Shown here piece by piece: positions 51,006-63,758 of a stretch of DNA of 64,000 bases. Made by a program: the position numbers and the translations under genes. The DNA is from Octopus vulgaris (lineage: Eukaryota): contig OX597816.1 of NCBI GenBank assembly GCA_951406725.2, positions 171,554,001 through 171,618,000 on the forward strand, written 5' to 3'. How positions within the stretch are numbered: position 1 is the first letter of the stretch; every line of letters starts with the position of its first letter. The notes under the pieces are model-generated. The model was given only the letters and a program-made list of their open reading frames with translations, was not told where the DNA came from and did no database searches.

Positions 51006-51591
51006 AACGCGCATGTGTACATGTGTGTATTCAAAATTAACTGGGGTAAAGGAAGTACTTTCCCTTGGTACTTGTACCCCGACCGATGCCCGGTGGTCCA
51101 GAAATATTCGAAAAATCTGGAACATCTGTGCAGCAGCAATCTTCTAAATTTTCATGTTCCTATTGGAACGTTGTCCAACATGTAATGAAGTTCGTTGCTA
51201 GTGTAGGCCAGGGATGGGTGACAAGGAAAAAAAAAAAATAAACCCCAGCAGTTACAAAACTCTAGTTTCTTTCAAAGCAGAGAACCGCCTTCACCCTATC
51301 TCAAAAGATAAACATATAAATCACAATAACAACAGCAGTCCCTCCTGCAAATGACGTATTTTGTATTCGAGTTGAAACATTTTTTCGATTTTTTTTTTTG
51401 GGCTGCCTTCTGTCACCATCTTGTTCGTAATTGGCTAGAAATAAGGTCGGGCAATAGTAGCGGAGAGAGCGATTACAAGTTCTTATTTCTTTGTTAATTA
51501 CTTCCATATGAGTTTAAAAAACACTTCACTAATAACGTAGTTTCCTTTTAGTTGGGATAATCCGACAACTGCTTTCTGAGAACAAGTTCTG

Positions 51592-51593
<2 letters not shown>

Positions 51594-51669
<76 letters not shown>

Positions 51670-51799
51670 TGCATTAATAGTGCATTTATATGTATAAATA
51701 GTACACTAATATGGATATTGAGTATATATGAATATATTTATGGTACATTTATATATATATATATGTATGTGTGTGTGTATGTATGTATGTATGTATGTA

Positions 51800-51834
<35 letters not shown>

Positions 51835-52251
51835 GTGTGTATGTGTGTGTGTATGTATGTATGTATATATGTGTGTATGTGTGTGTATGTATGTATGTGT
51901 GTATGTGTGTGTATATGTGTATGTATGTATGTATGTGTGTGTATGTATGTATGTATGCATGTATGTATATCTGTATGTACGCATGTATGTATGTATGTGT
52001 ATATGTGTGTGTATATATGTATGTATGTTTGTATGTATGTATATATGTATGTATGTATGTGTGTATGTATGTGTGTATCTGTGTATGTATGTATGTATGT
52101 ATGTATGTATGTATGTATGTATGTATGTATGTGTATATGTGTGTGTATGTATGTATGTATGTATGTATGTATGTATGTATGTATGTATGTATGTATGTAT
52201 GTATGTTTGTGTGTATGTATGTATGTATGTATGTATGTATGTATGTATGTA
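51594..52251. repeat. (TG)n followed by mixed (TATG)n/(TG)n microsatellite
   Basis: direct inspection. Confidence 0.95.
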
Positions 52252-52564
52252 TAAATATTATACACGAAGGGAAAGACACTAAGTGGTTTTCCAACACGCT
52301 AGAAATAGGACTTAAATTCCAAACCACGAAAAAGCTATTCTTATTTTAGCCTGTTGAATGTAGGCGGACAGGACAGTTTAAGAGAATTAAAAAAAGATTA
52401 GTCATTCCCGTACTTCGAAGTTTCACTCTTAACAATTATATACATTAATTAATTAATTAATCAATGCGTTAAACCGTCTATGGCTCATCTGTGAGAATTG
52501 CTTTGGACATATATTGCTCGAATACACACCGCATATTGGGTTTATATCTTTATATATATATATA

Positions 52565-52962
52565 CTAGCAGTATCGCCCGGCGTTGCTCGGGTTTGTAAG
52601 GGAAATAACTATATAAGCATTTTTAGAGATGTAAAGTATAATAGCCATCTCAATATGGCTAACCACAAAGGGGGGGGGTGTTACTGTAGCTTTTTACGTT
52701 CTGAGATCTAATAATAAATTTTTAGAGAGTTACTTCCCTTATATAATAGCAAAAAAATGCATTAAAAATGGGAAAAAATGATGGTAAATTTTTTTTTAAA
52801 TCGTAGACTCATCGTAGACGCGCGCTAATACCCAGAAGGGCTCGATATGAATCACGACTATAAGATACCCGCTTTTGGTTACACTGCACCGCAAAATGTG
52901 GGAGTAGTTAGGAATCTAAATCGTAGGAGACAGACACACAACTTCACTTTTATATATAAAGA
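52565..52962 (-). mobile_element. Non-autonomous Helitron
   Basis: same family termini. Confidence 0.88.
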
Positions 52963-53372
52963 TATCTTTATATATCTTTATATATGTATGTAAGGCGGCG
53001 AGCTGGCAGAACCGTTAGCACGCCGGGCGAAATGCGTAGCCGTATTTCGTCTGTCGTTACGTTCCGAGTTCAAATTCCGTCGAGGTCGACTTTGCCTTTC
53101 ATCCTTTCGGGGTCGATAAATTAAGTACCAGTTACGCACTGGGGTCGATGTAATCGACTTAATTCGTTTGTCTGTCCTTGTTTGTCCCCTCTATGTTTAG
53201 CCCCTTGTGGGTAATAAAGAAACATATCTTTATATATCGAGGAATTCAATTCAAATATCCCACAAACAGCGCCAAAAACCAGAGTAAACGCAGCAGTGAA
53301 GTTTTAAATATAGGGTAAAAATTAAATATCAATTAAAATTTTTTGTATTCATTTTTACCAGTTAAAAAAAAA

Positions 53373-53426
<54 letters not shown>

Positions 53427-53431
<5 letters not shown>

Positions 53432-53630
53432 TAATCCAAACATGAAAGCACAAAAAAACACAGCAACGCGAGGACGTGGAACAAATATAGTATTATTGGA
53501 CGCTCAGGAAAGAAGGAAAGAAGGAGGGTTTAATATTTCGAGCGGAGCTCTTCGTCGGAAACATAGGAGAAGGAAAGATCCAGAGAAGGGAAGACAGAGG
53601 AAAAAAATCGCCAACGGTACACACGTGGTT
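53427..53630 (-). mobile_element. Penelope-like terminal remnant with degenerate hammerhead (53528-53562)
   Basis: minus strand GUUU-CCGACGA-aGAGC ucc GCUC-GAAAUAUU-AAAC next to a (TA)n tract. Confidence 0.5.
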
Positions 53631-53757
53631 GAGGAAACATTCATGAAATTTTATTTACATAAGAGTGAAAAGAAGAGGAAGAAAAACAAAAGAAAAAAAA
53701 GCCAAAACAATTCACCGCCTTAGGCTGAAAATTTTGGGTGCGATGGGAAACCTCTCT

Positions 53758-54540
53758 AATGACTTTTGAAGCACACTTGCAGAGTTGCCGCGGGTGATGG
53801 CGAAGCTGATGCGCTGGAGCAACCAAGCGCCATCACCAGCTTCACCAGTTACCTCTGCTGGGCGAGCTGCCATTGAGGACAGGAATCTCGCAGTCAGTGG
53901 TCCGACCCCACCAAACGTCTCGAACGACACAGGATGGAAAATATAGTTGGTCGACAGATCGCGGGACTTCAGGATTTTGTTCCGCTCGGCCGCAGAAGCT
54001 GTGGAACTCGCCCTGGCCGCAGCATCCAGGATGTGAGGAGAAACAAAGGAGTCGCTAACTGACGTTCCAGACAAGGCAACTACCTCTCGGCCAGGGGCAC
54101 AAGGTGAGGCCGTCAGGTCTTTTTCAATCACATCTGGACAACCCATATGGTTCCAAGATGGAGGGGATGTTTGCTCGGGCCATACTCTTCTTGAGTATAA
54201 AGTTCAACTCTGTGTGACGTGCGAAGCGACCAGCATTCCGGCAGCAAGAAAGATCGTGAAGGCCTGTGGAGTCGAGAAGCTTGTCACAACGACAGCCCAA
54301 ACCCATGCTCCACTCCGAGGGCAATGGAAACACGAAGTTCGTCCAAGCTGTGTAGGCCACCAACGTTAGCCACAGGAATGGCATCAACCCAGTCATCTGA
54401 GTATTTGGCGCCAGCAGACAGTAAGCGGCACCTTGAAAACTGGTCCGACTGGATGAAGAGGGGGTCGAAAGTGGCCTTCGAAATTATGTTGTTCCAAACT
54501 CTCTGACTCCGACTCAGGAGCAGACAAGCCCAATTCACTT
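53758..54540 (-). mobile_element. CRE-clade non-LTR retrotransposon C-terminal fragment (Zn knuckle + restriction-like endonuclease)
   Basis: CxC..HxLSC..GRFARHxxLN, LEPxGL, KRPDG, FxPVSFETFG, QRISxAIxRGN across a frameshift. Confidence 0.75.
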
Positions 54541-54799
54541 TAGTATTGGAGAGCTTCATCCAACTTTTATTCTTTTACTTGTTTCAGTCATCTGACTGCA
54601 GGTATGCTGGAGCACCGCCTTTAGTCGAACAACGATCACAGGTATTATTCTTTGTAAGCCTAGTACTTATTCTATTGGTCTCTTTTGCCGAACCGCAAAG
54701 CTACGGGAATGTAAACATACCAACATCGGTTGTCAAATGATGGTAGCGGGGAATAAACACAGAAACACAAATGTATACATAAATACATATATTGGTGCT

Positions 54800-56034
54800 G
54801 CTGACGGTTTCTTTCACCCTAGTAATGAATCCAGAGTGCAGACCAAGCATGGCTGGAGCTCCATCAGTGTACACACTTAACCAGCGAATCCCACGAAAGT
54901 TGGTTTTCCTGAAAGAAGTTTGATGCTTCACGAAAAATAGCTGTTGCTGTTGTCACTATAGGGTGACAGAACAAAATTTCCTCTTTTACACAGTTGCCTG
55001 ACACAAAAATGAGCATATACCAGTTGCTGAGAACACGATGTCAGTCGTTTCGTCACACAGGATGGCAAAAACAGGAGAATCTCTTACTTGGTCGAGAATC
55101 TTATCTTTGATGTCTTGATACAGGTCGTCGATCCTTCCCATGACTCTATCGTTTGATAGTGAAATCTGGGAAAGCTTGTTTGTACTATCTTTCCTCAGAA
55201 CGATCTCTGCTGCACGTATTAGACAAGGTTTTATGAAAGACTCTCCGATGTTATGGCTTGTAGTGACGCTATCCAACAGCGCGCGCGCGCAACGCCCTCT
55301 CGCGCATACGCGAAGACCGGAAGAGGGAATTTGCTGATGTGGCGTTAGCTGATTAGGCGAAGTGAGCGTGAACCTTAAAAAGACAGAGAGAGATATAGCA
55401 GCAGTCAGCAGAAAGCCTTTCATTGTTGCAGACCACATTATCTTCACTCCCTACGGACGCCATAGAAGACCAGCTCAGTTTGCTGTTGCACTTGTAAAAT
55501 TCTTACAAGCGTTAAAGTTTCAGCTCTGACCAAGCGGAACCAAATAACACCTTATTTCGTACTGTTATAAGAACAATAAAGAATATATATTTTTACTGTT
55601 GCGCTTTGAGTTCTTTGACTGGTAGAATCTGGAAATTTAAGCAACGGAAATTGAATGCACCATTTGCACCCTAAAAGTGCAAGAAGCATCCTATTCCCGT
55701 TACAGGCTCTTCTTGCTCTTTGCAAATCAACAAGGCGATCTCATAGAAAGCCTCAACAACCATTGAAGTTTGTTGCCGAAATGTCCTACTACCGTCCAAC
55801 TTAGCTTGCTTCAAGGAATGTGTTTTTGTTTCAAAGAATGTCTTGGGCTTGTCTGCAAGAGCAGGATGTGTTGTCCTCGAGTGGCGTTCCTAGCGTGAGA
55901 GTCGCATTCCATCATTGCTCAAAGTTTTGTAACATATCACACACACAGAGAGGAACCTCTGTGTCACCATTTCGAAGGGACACGAATCTAAATCGAATAT
56001 ATTCGTCAAGATACTTCCATTTCTTTGCGCTCAT
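54800..56034 (-). pseudogene. hAT Buster/Charlie-type transposase fragment split by a solo LTR
   Basis: MSAKKWKYLDEYIRF..CVICYKTLSNDGM..ERH..HP (BED finger), SHNIGESFIKPC, LSNDxVxxRI, FAILCDETTDI, TDGAPAMLG. Confidence 0.85.
55259..55704 (+). mobile_element. Solo LTR (Gypsy-like)
   Basis: TGTAGTGAC...CCGTTACA, 4-bp TSD GGCT, internal AATAAA; removal restores transposase KSKKS-HNIGE. Confidence 0.85.
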
Positions 56035-56713
56035 TGCGAATTATGTGACGTGCAGTGGACAACACAAACATGTGAACAAAAGATAAGGCGCGTGTAAGTT
56101 AGCCCAAGTTAGAACCATTGGAGTAAAAAGTTCTGAAAACAAAAAAAAAAAAAAAAACTAAAACAAAAATTTGGAAAAGAAGTTAAATTAAAAGAAAAGT
56201 TATACGAAAAATTTGTAGAATAAAATATTGTATTTATTTATACGAAAATATTTTTTAAAATTCTTTAAAAAAAGAAAAGATTTTGCATAGCTTTTAGTTT
56301 TACTTAGTACTTTCTGTAATATTTAGGTCTGAATTTTAGTTTAACACTTGGATTTATATTATAATTTTTTTCTTACAAAAAAAAATCAATTATATTTTTA
56401 ACATATATATTTAATATTAAAGATTTTGCTTTTATTGTTAAAATTTTCTATTTTTCCAATCTGTGTTTTAATTTTTTGAGACTTTATTAAATTGAGCGAT
56501 AGTAGAACCTATCATATTCTTTTTGTTTTATTTGCTATTTTTAAATATATCGTACTTTTTATCATGCTAAAATATTAAAATAGTTTTCAATTTTTTAAAT
56601 TAAGTTAATATTTCTTAGTATGTTACTATAATGATTTAGCATGTCTCTTGATTTTTAAGAACCACATTATTTCATATATATGAAAACTGTGGATCAAACT
56701 TGTTTATAATCTA

Positions 56714-57083
56714 CTAGCAGTATCGCCCGGCGTTGCTCGGGTTTGTAAGGGAAATAACTATATAAGCATTATTAGAGAGTTATAGCCAAAAAATAGCAAA
56801 AAATGCATTAAAAATAGTTGACTCATCGTAGACATTTTTAGAGAGTTACTTTCCTTATATAATAGCGAAAAAAATGCATTAAAAATGGGAAAAATTGATG
56901 GTAAATTTTTTTTTAAATCGTAGACTCATCGTTGACGCGCACTAATAACCAGAAGGGCTCGATATGAATCACGACTATAAGATACCCGGTTTTGGTTAAA
57001 CTGCACCGCAAAATGTGGGAGTAGTTAGGAATCTAAATCGTAGGAGACAGACACTCACACAACTTCACTTTTATTTATAAAGA
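56714..57083 (-). mobile_element. Non-autonomous Helitron
   Basis: same family termini. Confidence 0.88.
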
Positions 57084-57133
57084 TTAACTGAAAAAAATAT
57101 TTGTCTTTACATGATAATATCTAAGCTTTATGC

Positions 57134-57457
57134 CAGTGGTTCTTAACCTGAGTCTTGTAACAAAACAAATTACAAAATAAAGGCAAATGTCAAAGCTACA
57201 ATTCAGAATTAGTGAGGGTTTTGAGGGATATGAAGTGGGAGTCAATAAGTACAGAAAATGGTAAGCGACCCTAAGATAGTAGAATAAGAAAACTAAAAGT
57301 ATAAGGCGATACTTTGGCATTTTTTTCATAGACTTCTTATCATTTGACCATGCTCTCGTTAAGAGAATAGCAAATATAATTTGAGAAATTCCTGCTTTTT
57401 CTCAAGGGCTCGCACCCCACTTTGAAATTTCTGCCGCCCCCAGGTTAAGAACCACTG
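57134..57457. mobile_element. hAT Charlie-type TIR pair CAGTGGTTCTTAACCTG
   Basis: 17-bp inverted repeats; flanks are not a direct TSD, so these may be ends of different elements. Confidence 0.55.
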
Positions 57458-57479
57458 GTCTAAAGATAGATATAATATA

Positions 57480-58982
57480 GAGTGATGGGAGGAGGTGGGA
57501 CAAGTGGGTGGAATGAGAGAAGCAACTCAAAAAAGCAGAGGCTACTCTCGGAGCAGTTGAAAAGACAGTGTTGTGACAACACATCAGCAGGCCACAGGCT
57601 TGAGTGTGTTGGCGAGTAACTCCAAGCAAATCAGTTCGATGACCTTTCTTAGATGCAGTCGAAGATACCTGAATGTGTAGAAACAGCACTGTCACAGCTG
57701 TGTGAGCAATATTCCATTGTGAGTCTCTCCTGAACTTTGTAGAGTATTAGTAGTTGTTAGAGCATAACGTATTTTCTGAAGAGAAAGATCACTCGTTGTG
57801 ACGGTGTCTTTGCTACATTAAGGCTGTACGTTGGCCAAGAGAGACCCTCAGTGGAGATGTGGCCTTTCCCTTCTAGCGAAATTAAGAAGTATTGTTGCAT
57901 GCTATTCATGTTTATAAGTTTTCGTGATATACATAATGATTGTGTTTTTCTGCTGTTGGAAGAAACAACTCTTGAATATCACCATTGGGGGACATTATCA
58001 ATATCTCTAGTCATGGAGTCAATGCGGTTTTTTTTTCGAAGTGTCTAGGTTATGTGTGAATAATGTTTACTTGTGGAAGGGAGGGAAGAGTAGTTTCATT
58101 TGCACAGGCGTAGTGGAGCTGATAGTAAGTAAATTGTTGATATAGAAAGAGAAAAAGCACAGTATATAAAACCAGCGTTGAGAGAGCGTGGGTCAGATAG
58201 AGCTCAGAGAGGCTATGATTGTGGTCCATAGCTGACAGAATACTTAGGAGATTCCCATGCTAAGTACAAGCGAAGATTTGTTGTTGCCAAATACATTTTT
58301 TGGATCTTTTCGGTTTGAACGGCAGTTTTTTCTAGCGGTGTCATATGAAATTGTCAGCCATAATTATGACCCTAGTATCGATCTATTGCATTTCAATTTG
58401 TTTTAGGGTTAGGGGTGGGGGGAAGGGTATCTTTTTTTCTTCACAAATGTAAATAAACCCAATCTGTTTCTTAAACGAGGGACATAGTCATACGGCACAG
58501 AATGTTTTTTTTACCTCAACAGACGTCAGTGATTGGTTGAAATTGCAGAAATTGAAGAAAAAACAACAAATATCTTACAAACTATAGAATTTTCTCAATA
58601 AAGCCAAGAGAAAAAGATGTTTTATAAACACATTCTACCAGTATACGAAGTTTAACATTTTTTAGTTACCTAGAAATTATGTTAAAAATTGCCGTTCAAA
58701 CCGAAAAGATCCCATTTTTTCACTAATTTCCCGTGGCGATGGCCCACTGATGAGCGACAGAGGAGAGTAGGATTCCAGTAGGATTGGTTTTATAGAGACT
58801 GCTCTGGTGGAAATTATGTGGGAAGGAGATTCAATTTATTGAAGAAGAAGGAGATTGTTTAATGACTACCTTCATCATCGAAGTAAGAGCTATAGGTCGA
58901 TCGTCGGCGGGAATCAGTGATGTTGCTCTTCTTGGGAATGTGATATACTGTAGCGTGTTTTAAATATTGAGGTAGATCCCAG

Positions 58983-59023
<41 letters not shown>

Positions 59024-59820
59024 CGAGTTGAAGGATTTGGAAAAGCTCGGGGATGCAGCACTTCAGGTTAATAGAAGGTGTATATTTTTGGAACAGTAAC
59101 CTTGTTGATTCAAAATAACCGGTAGTACTTTTGCACTTGACATACGTTGGTGTGGAGAGGAATAGTTCTGGAGAGGATTCACAAAAAGCGTGCAGTGTGA
59201 AGTTGGAGGCAAAACGGGCAGCAAATGTAGAGGCTTCCTCCAAGAGTACCTCTTGTAGATCCATCATGTTTGAGATATGGAGGAAAGGAAGATGCCACAA
59301 AGTTGGGGGATATACATTTTACAAAAGACCAAAAAGGATTAACTGCAGGGTGGAAGGTGCGAGAACTTGCGGTCTGAGGAACATGAAAGGCATCTTTCGC
59401 ATTTCGGAAGATGGTTTTACCGGAGTTGAGATGGTGAGTAAAAGCCGTCCAATTTGAGGGAGTTAGGGGATTTTGTCTAAGCGTTGTAGGCCTTTTAAAA
59501 ATGTTTAAATAATTTCTGTAGTACAGCTGTAAGTGAACCATTTGTCAGAATTTGGTTTTTATGAAGTTTGATTGTGTATGATGTGGTGAGATATGGCGAG
59601 AAAGCAAGTTCCACTCCTCCACTTAACTGTCTCTGATGGATCGGAGATGAAGCACATGCACTGCCAAAGATAGGACAGGACTGATAGAGTTCTGACCAGT
59701 CAGCTAACTTTATGTGTCATAGGGTCCAAAAAGTCGTCGGGTGGTGATGTGTTTGGGAGTATGTGGCGGATAGTCGAGATAAGACTGTACTGTTATGGTA
59801 ACCTTTCAATTTTTATCTGT
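57480..59820 (-). mobile_element. Old, heavily decayed LINE (CR1/L2-like) ORF2 remnant
   Basis: FWSFVKxISxNF..SSFPP, FAARFASNxTL remnants; many stops. Confidence 0.5.
58302..58712. mobile_element. MITE with GG..CC termini and 8-bp TSD (Merlin-like)
   Basis: TIR GGATCTTTTCGGTTTGAACGGCA; TSD catttttt. Confidence 0.85.
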
Positions 59821-59855
59821 TATTTGGTCAGTAATTTATCTAGTTTCGAGAACTA

Positions 59856-60313
59856 GTTCCTAGCGTGAGAGTCGCATTCCATCATTGCTCAAAGTTTTGT
59901 AACATATCACACACACAGAGAGGAACCTCTGTGTCACCATTTCGAAGGGACACGAATCTAAATCGAATATATTCGTCAAGATACTTCCATTTCTTTGCGC
60001 TCATTGCGAATTATGTGACGTGCAGTGGACAACACAAACATGTGAACAAAAGATAAGGCGCGTGTAAGTTAATGCCAAGGCCCAAGTTAGAACCATTGGA
60101 GTAAAAAGTTCTGAAAACAAAAAAAAAAAAACTAAAACAAAAATTTGGAAAAGAAGTTAAATTAAAAGAAAAGTTATACGAAAAATTTGTAGAATAAAAT
60201 ATTGTATTTATTTATACGAAAATATTTTTAAAAATTCTTTAAAAAAGAAAAAGATTTTGCATAGCTTTTAGTTTTACTTAGTACTTTCTGTAATATTTAG
60301 GTCTGAATTTTAG
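59856..60313 (+). repeat. Near-identical duplicate of 55886-56339 (5' part of the hAT-Buster element)
   Basis: direct comparison. Confidence 0.9.
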
Positions 60314-60549
60314 GAACTACTTATCGAAGTAATATTTTTACTAGGAACTACTTATCGAAGTAATATTTTAAAAAAAAACAAAAAGAAAAAAAAAATATTT
60401 CTAGCAGCCTAAAAGCAACATGTTATCGTTTAACTCCCGATCAATTCTGAGCAGATTAATGTCAGAAAGCATTGCATTCCGTCTTTTTAGAGGTATCTAC
60501 GACTTCGCCATCTTTATTTTTAAAAATCCATTTGAGAGATTATATACGA

Positions 60550-61453
60550 CTAGCAGTATCGCCCGGCGTTGCTCGGGTTTGTAAGGGAAATAACTATACA
60601 AGCATTTTTAGAGAGTTATAGCCAAAAAATAGCAAAAAAATGCATTAAAAATGGAAAAAAAATGATGGTAAATTTTTTTTAAAATCGTTGACTCATCGTA
60701 GACATTTTTAGAGAGTTACTTCCTTTATTTAATAGCGAAAAAAATGCATTAAAATGGAAAAAAAATGATGGTAAATTTTTTTTAAATCGTAGACGCGCGC
60801 TAATACCCAGAAGGGCTTGATATGAATCACGACTATAAGATACCCGGTTTTGGTTAAACTGCACCGCAAAATGTGGGAGTAGTTAGGAATCTAAATCGTA
60901 GGAGACAGACACACAACCTTACTTTATATATAAAGACTAGCAGTATCGCCCGGCGTTGCTCGGGTTTGTAAGGGAAATAACTATATAAGCATTTTTAGAG
61001 AGTTACTTCCTTTATAGATGCCAATTCGGGCTTTCTTAGCCATTTCTGTTTTGGTGTCTTCAAGCCATGAAGTCGTTGTTCTAAAAGAACGCTGGTCTCC
61101 TTGACAACGCATTACGACGTTGATTTCCTTAAACTCCCTTCCCCACAGCTTCACGAGGGAGGGAAGAAGGGGGAGAAGCAAACACAGGTGCAGGTGTTTG
61201 AGCGTGGACGCCAACTCCGCCGCCATCGACACACGAAAAATTATGCATTAAAATAGAATAAAAAAGGATGTTAAATTATTTTTAAAATCGTAGACTCATC
61301 GTAGACGCACGCTAATAGCCAGACGGGCTCGATATTAATCACGACTATAATATACCCGAATTTGGTTAAACTGCACCGCAAAATGTGGGAGGAGTTAGGA
61401 ATCTAAATCGTAGGAGACAGACACTCACACAACTACAGTTTTATATATATAGA
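60550..61453 (-). mobile_element. Two head-to-tail Helitrons (60550-60936; variant 60937-61453)
   Basis: junction AAAGA|CTAG; second copy has a different ~220-bp interior. Confidence 0.85.
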
Positions 61454-61666
61454 TATGTAATTGCAGTTAAATCTTTCCGAAATTACGTACACTACAAATT
61501 TAAGGGAGATTTGCCTGTTATTTCTAACATGTTAGAGCGTCGGACAAAATAACTGCAGTATTTCGTTACAATTCTTTACATGTTTCGTTCAAATCCTATC
61601 GAGATCAACTTTATCTTTCTCCCTTCCATGGTCGATAAAATATAACACCAGTCAAGTACAAGAATA

Positions 61667-62088
61667 GGATCTTTTCAGTTTGTACGGCAGTTTTTCTAGC
61701 GGTGTCATATGAAATTGTCACCCATAATTATGACCCTAGTATCGATCTATTGCATTTCAATCTCTTTTAGGGTTAGGGTTAGTTAGGGTTAGGGGTGGGG
61801 GAAGGGTATTTTTTCTTCGAAAATGTAAATAAACCCAATCTGTTTCTTAAACAAGGGACATATTCATACGGCACATAATGTTGTTTACCTCAATGGACGT
61901 CAGTGATTGGTTGAAATTGCAGAAATTGAAGAAAAAAACAACAAATATCTTACAAACTATAGAATTTTCTCAATAAAGCCAAGAGAAAAAGATGTTTTAT
62001 AAACACATTCTACCAGTATACGAAGTTTAAAATTTTTTTAGTTACCTAGAAATTATGTTAAAAATTGCCGTTCAAACCGAAAAGATCC
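61667..62088. mobile_element. Second Merlin-like MITE
   Basis: same TIRs as 58302-58712; TSD caagaata. Confidence 0.85.
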
Positions 62089-62871
62089 CAAGAATAGATT
62101 TAATATTTCAGTAAAGTATCCCAGGTTTGATTGGAACAATCATATATGAAGACTAAGAGCGCGTAAGTTGCTGCGATTGGAAATCGTTTTCTATTTAATA
62201 TGCAATGGATTTGTAATTTCAATTCTGCATCATATATTGTACAACTAATTATTACTAGCAAGAAAGAAAATTCTATATTTTCTAATTTTAGCACAAATTA
62301 TATTCCATATTTCTCTGTCTCTTGTCAAAACATTGCATTCGCTTCAAACATCGCCTTTGTATTTGTTTTGCACAAACTTGTCCGAAAGAAAGGCCTCAGG
62401 AGCTGACCTCTTCTATCATTATTGAAGAACTGATGGAAGTAGACGTATATCATACTATATAATATATTGGTTAGCATGCTGTTAATTGTGGGAAACAGAT
62501 ATCATTCTCAGTTTGAGCAATGTGAATGTCTAGGCAACAATACTTAACACCAACCATTGAAAATTTTAAAGTTCAGCGTGACACGCTGAAACGATCAGTT
62601 TACCAGCTGCAAACGAGTGGTCTTTGTTCGCAATGCAGCCTCGGAAAGATTATTCTGCTCTCATGTGATTTTTCAGGGTCGTTCATCACCTTACTCCCCA
62701 CCACTACAGACACACTTATTATCTGCAAAGCAGGGCTTTTAATCTCGTATTTGTGCTTGTTATTACAGTGATTTTGATAGTAAAATAACAAAGAAGTCCG
62801 CTTTAAGTAGATATTAACCACTCGTTTAAAGTCTGAAGAAATTTCAAAGTTGTTTTATTTATTTATATATA

Positions 62872-63268
62872 CTAGCAGTATCGCCCGGCGTTGCTCGGGT
62901 TTGTAAGGGAAATAACTATATAAGCATTTTTAGAGATGTAAAGTATAATAGCCATCTCAATATGGCTAACCACAAAGGGGGGGGGTGTTACTGTAGCTTT
63001 TTACGTTCTGAGATCTAATAATAAATTTTTAGAGAGTTATTTCCCTTATATATGCCAAAAATGGATTAAAAATGGGAAAAATTGATGGTAAATTTTTTTT
63101 AAATCGTAGACTCATCGTAGACGCGCGCTAATACCCAGAAGGGCTCGATATGAATCACGACTATAAGATACCCGGTTTTGGTTAAACTGCACCGCAAAAT
63201 GTGGGAGTAGTTAGGAATCTAAATTGTAGGAGACAGACAGCACACAACCTTACTTTTATATATAAAGA
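62872..63268 (-). mobile_element. Non-autonomous Helitron
   Basis: same family termini. Confidence 0.88.
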
Positions 63269-63758
63269 TATTTGATTATTTTTTTTTAAATTTCAGCTTA
63301 TTGGGTACATCACTATTTTCTTTTATGACATCGGCATTATAGCATGTTAACAAAAACAGAGTAATGTGACATACATACTAATTTCAATTTTGGTTCATCC
63401 AAAGGAAATGCTTAGAAAGTAATTCTAAATAATCTTGATGCGTTGATTCTGCAGCGATTGAGCAGATATGTTATGAAAGGCGTCCCAACTCTGGCCATCC
63501 CGTTCTTCTCAGAGGCATTGTGTACCAAGGACTACGTTATCCAATCTGTTCCTCCTCTTCTGACAAATCTAATAAACTAAATTTTAAAAAAAATGTATTA
63601 GCAATATTACCGATAGGTAACATTTATCCCCACTGAAACGTGGATGTTCTGTTAAAAAAAAAACTATACTGTGGTAGATACCAGGAGAGAAACCATCATA
63701 TTCACTTTTTAGTGCAAAATGCACTCTTGCTTAAATCGCTAGCGGGGAGATAAAATCC

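Noticed and set aside
48898-52349. Long ORFs of MYVC/HTYI/YI repeats
   Set aside because: Translations of stop-free microsatellites
54986-55447. 153-aa ORF with signal-peptide-like N-terminus
   Set aside because: Chance fusion of antisense LTR sequence with the hAT transposase fragment
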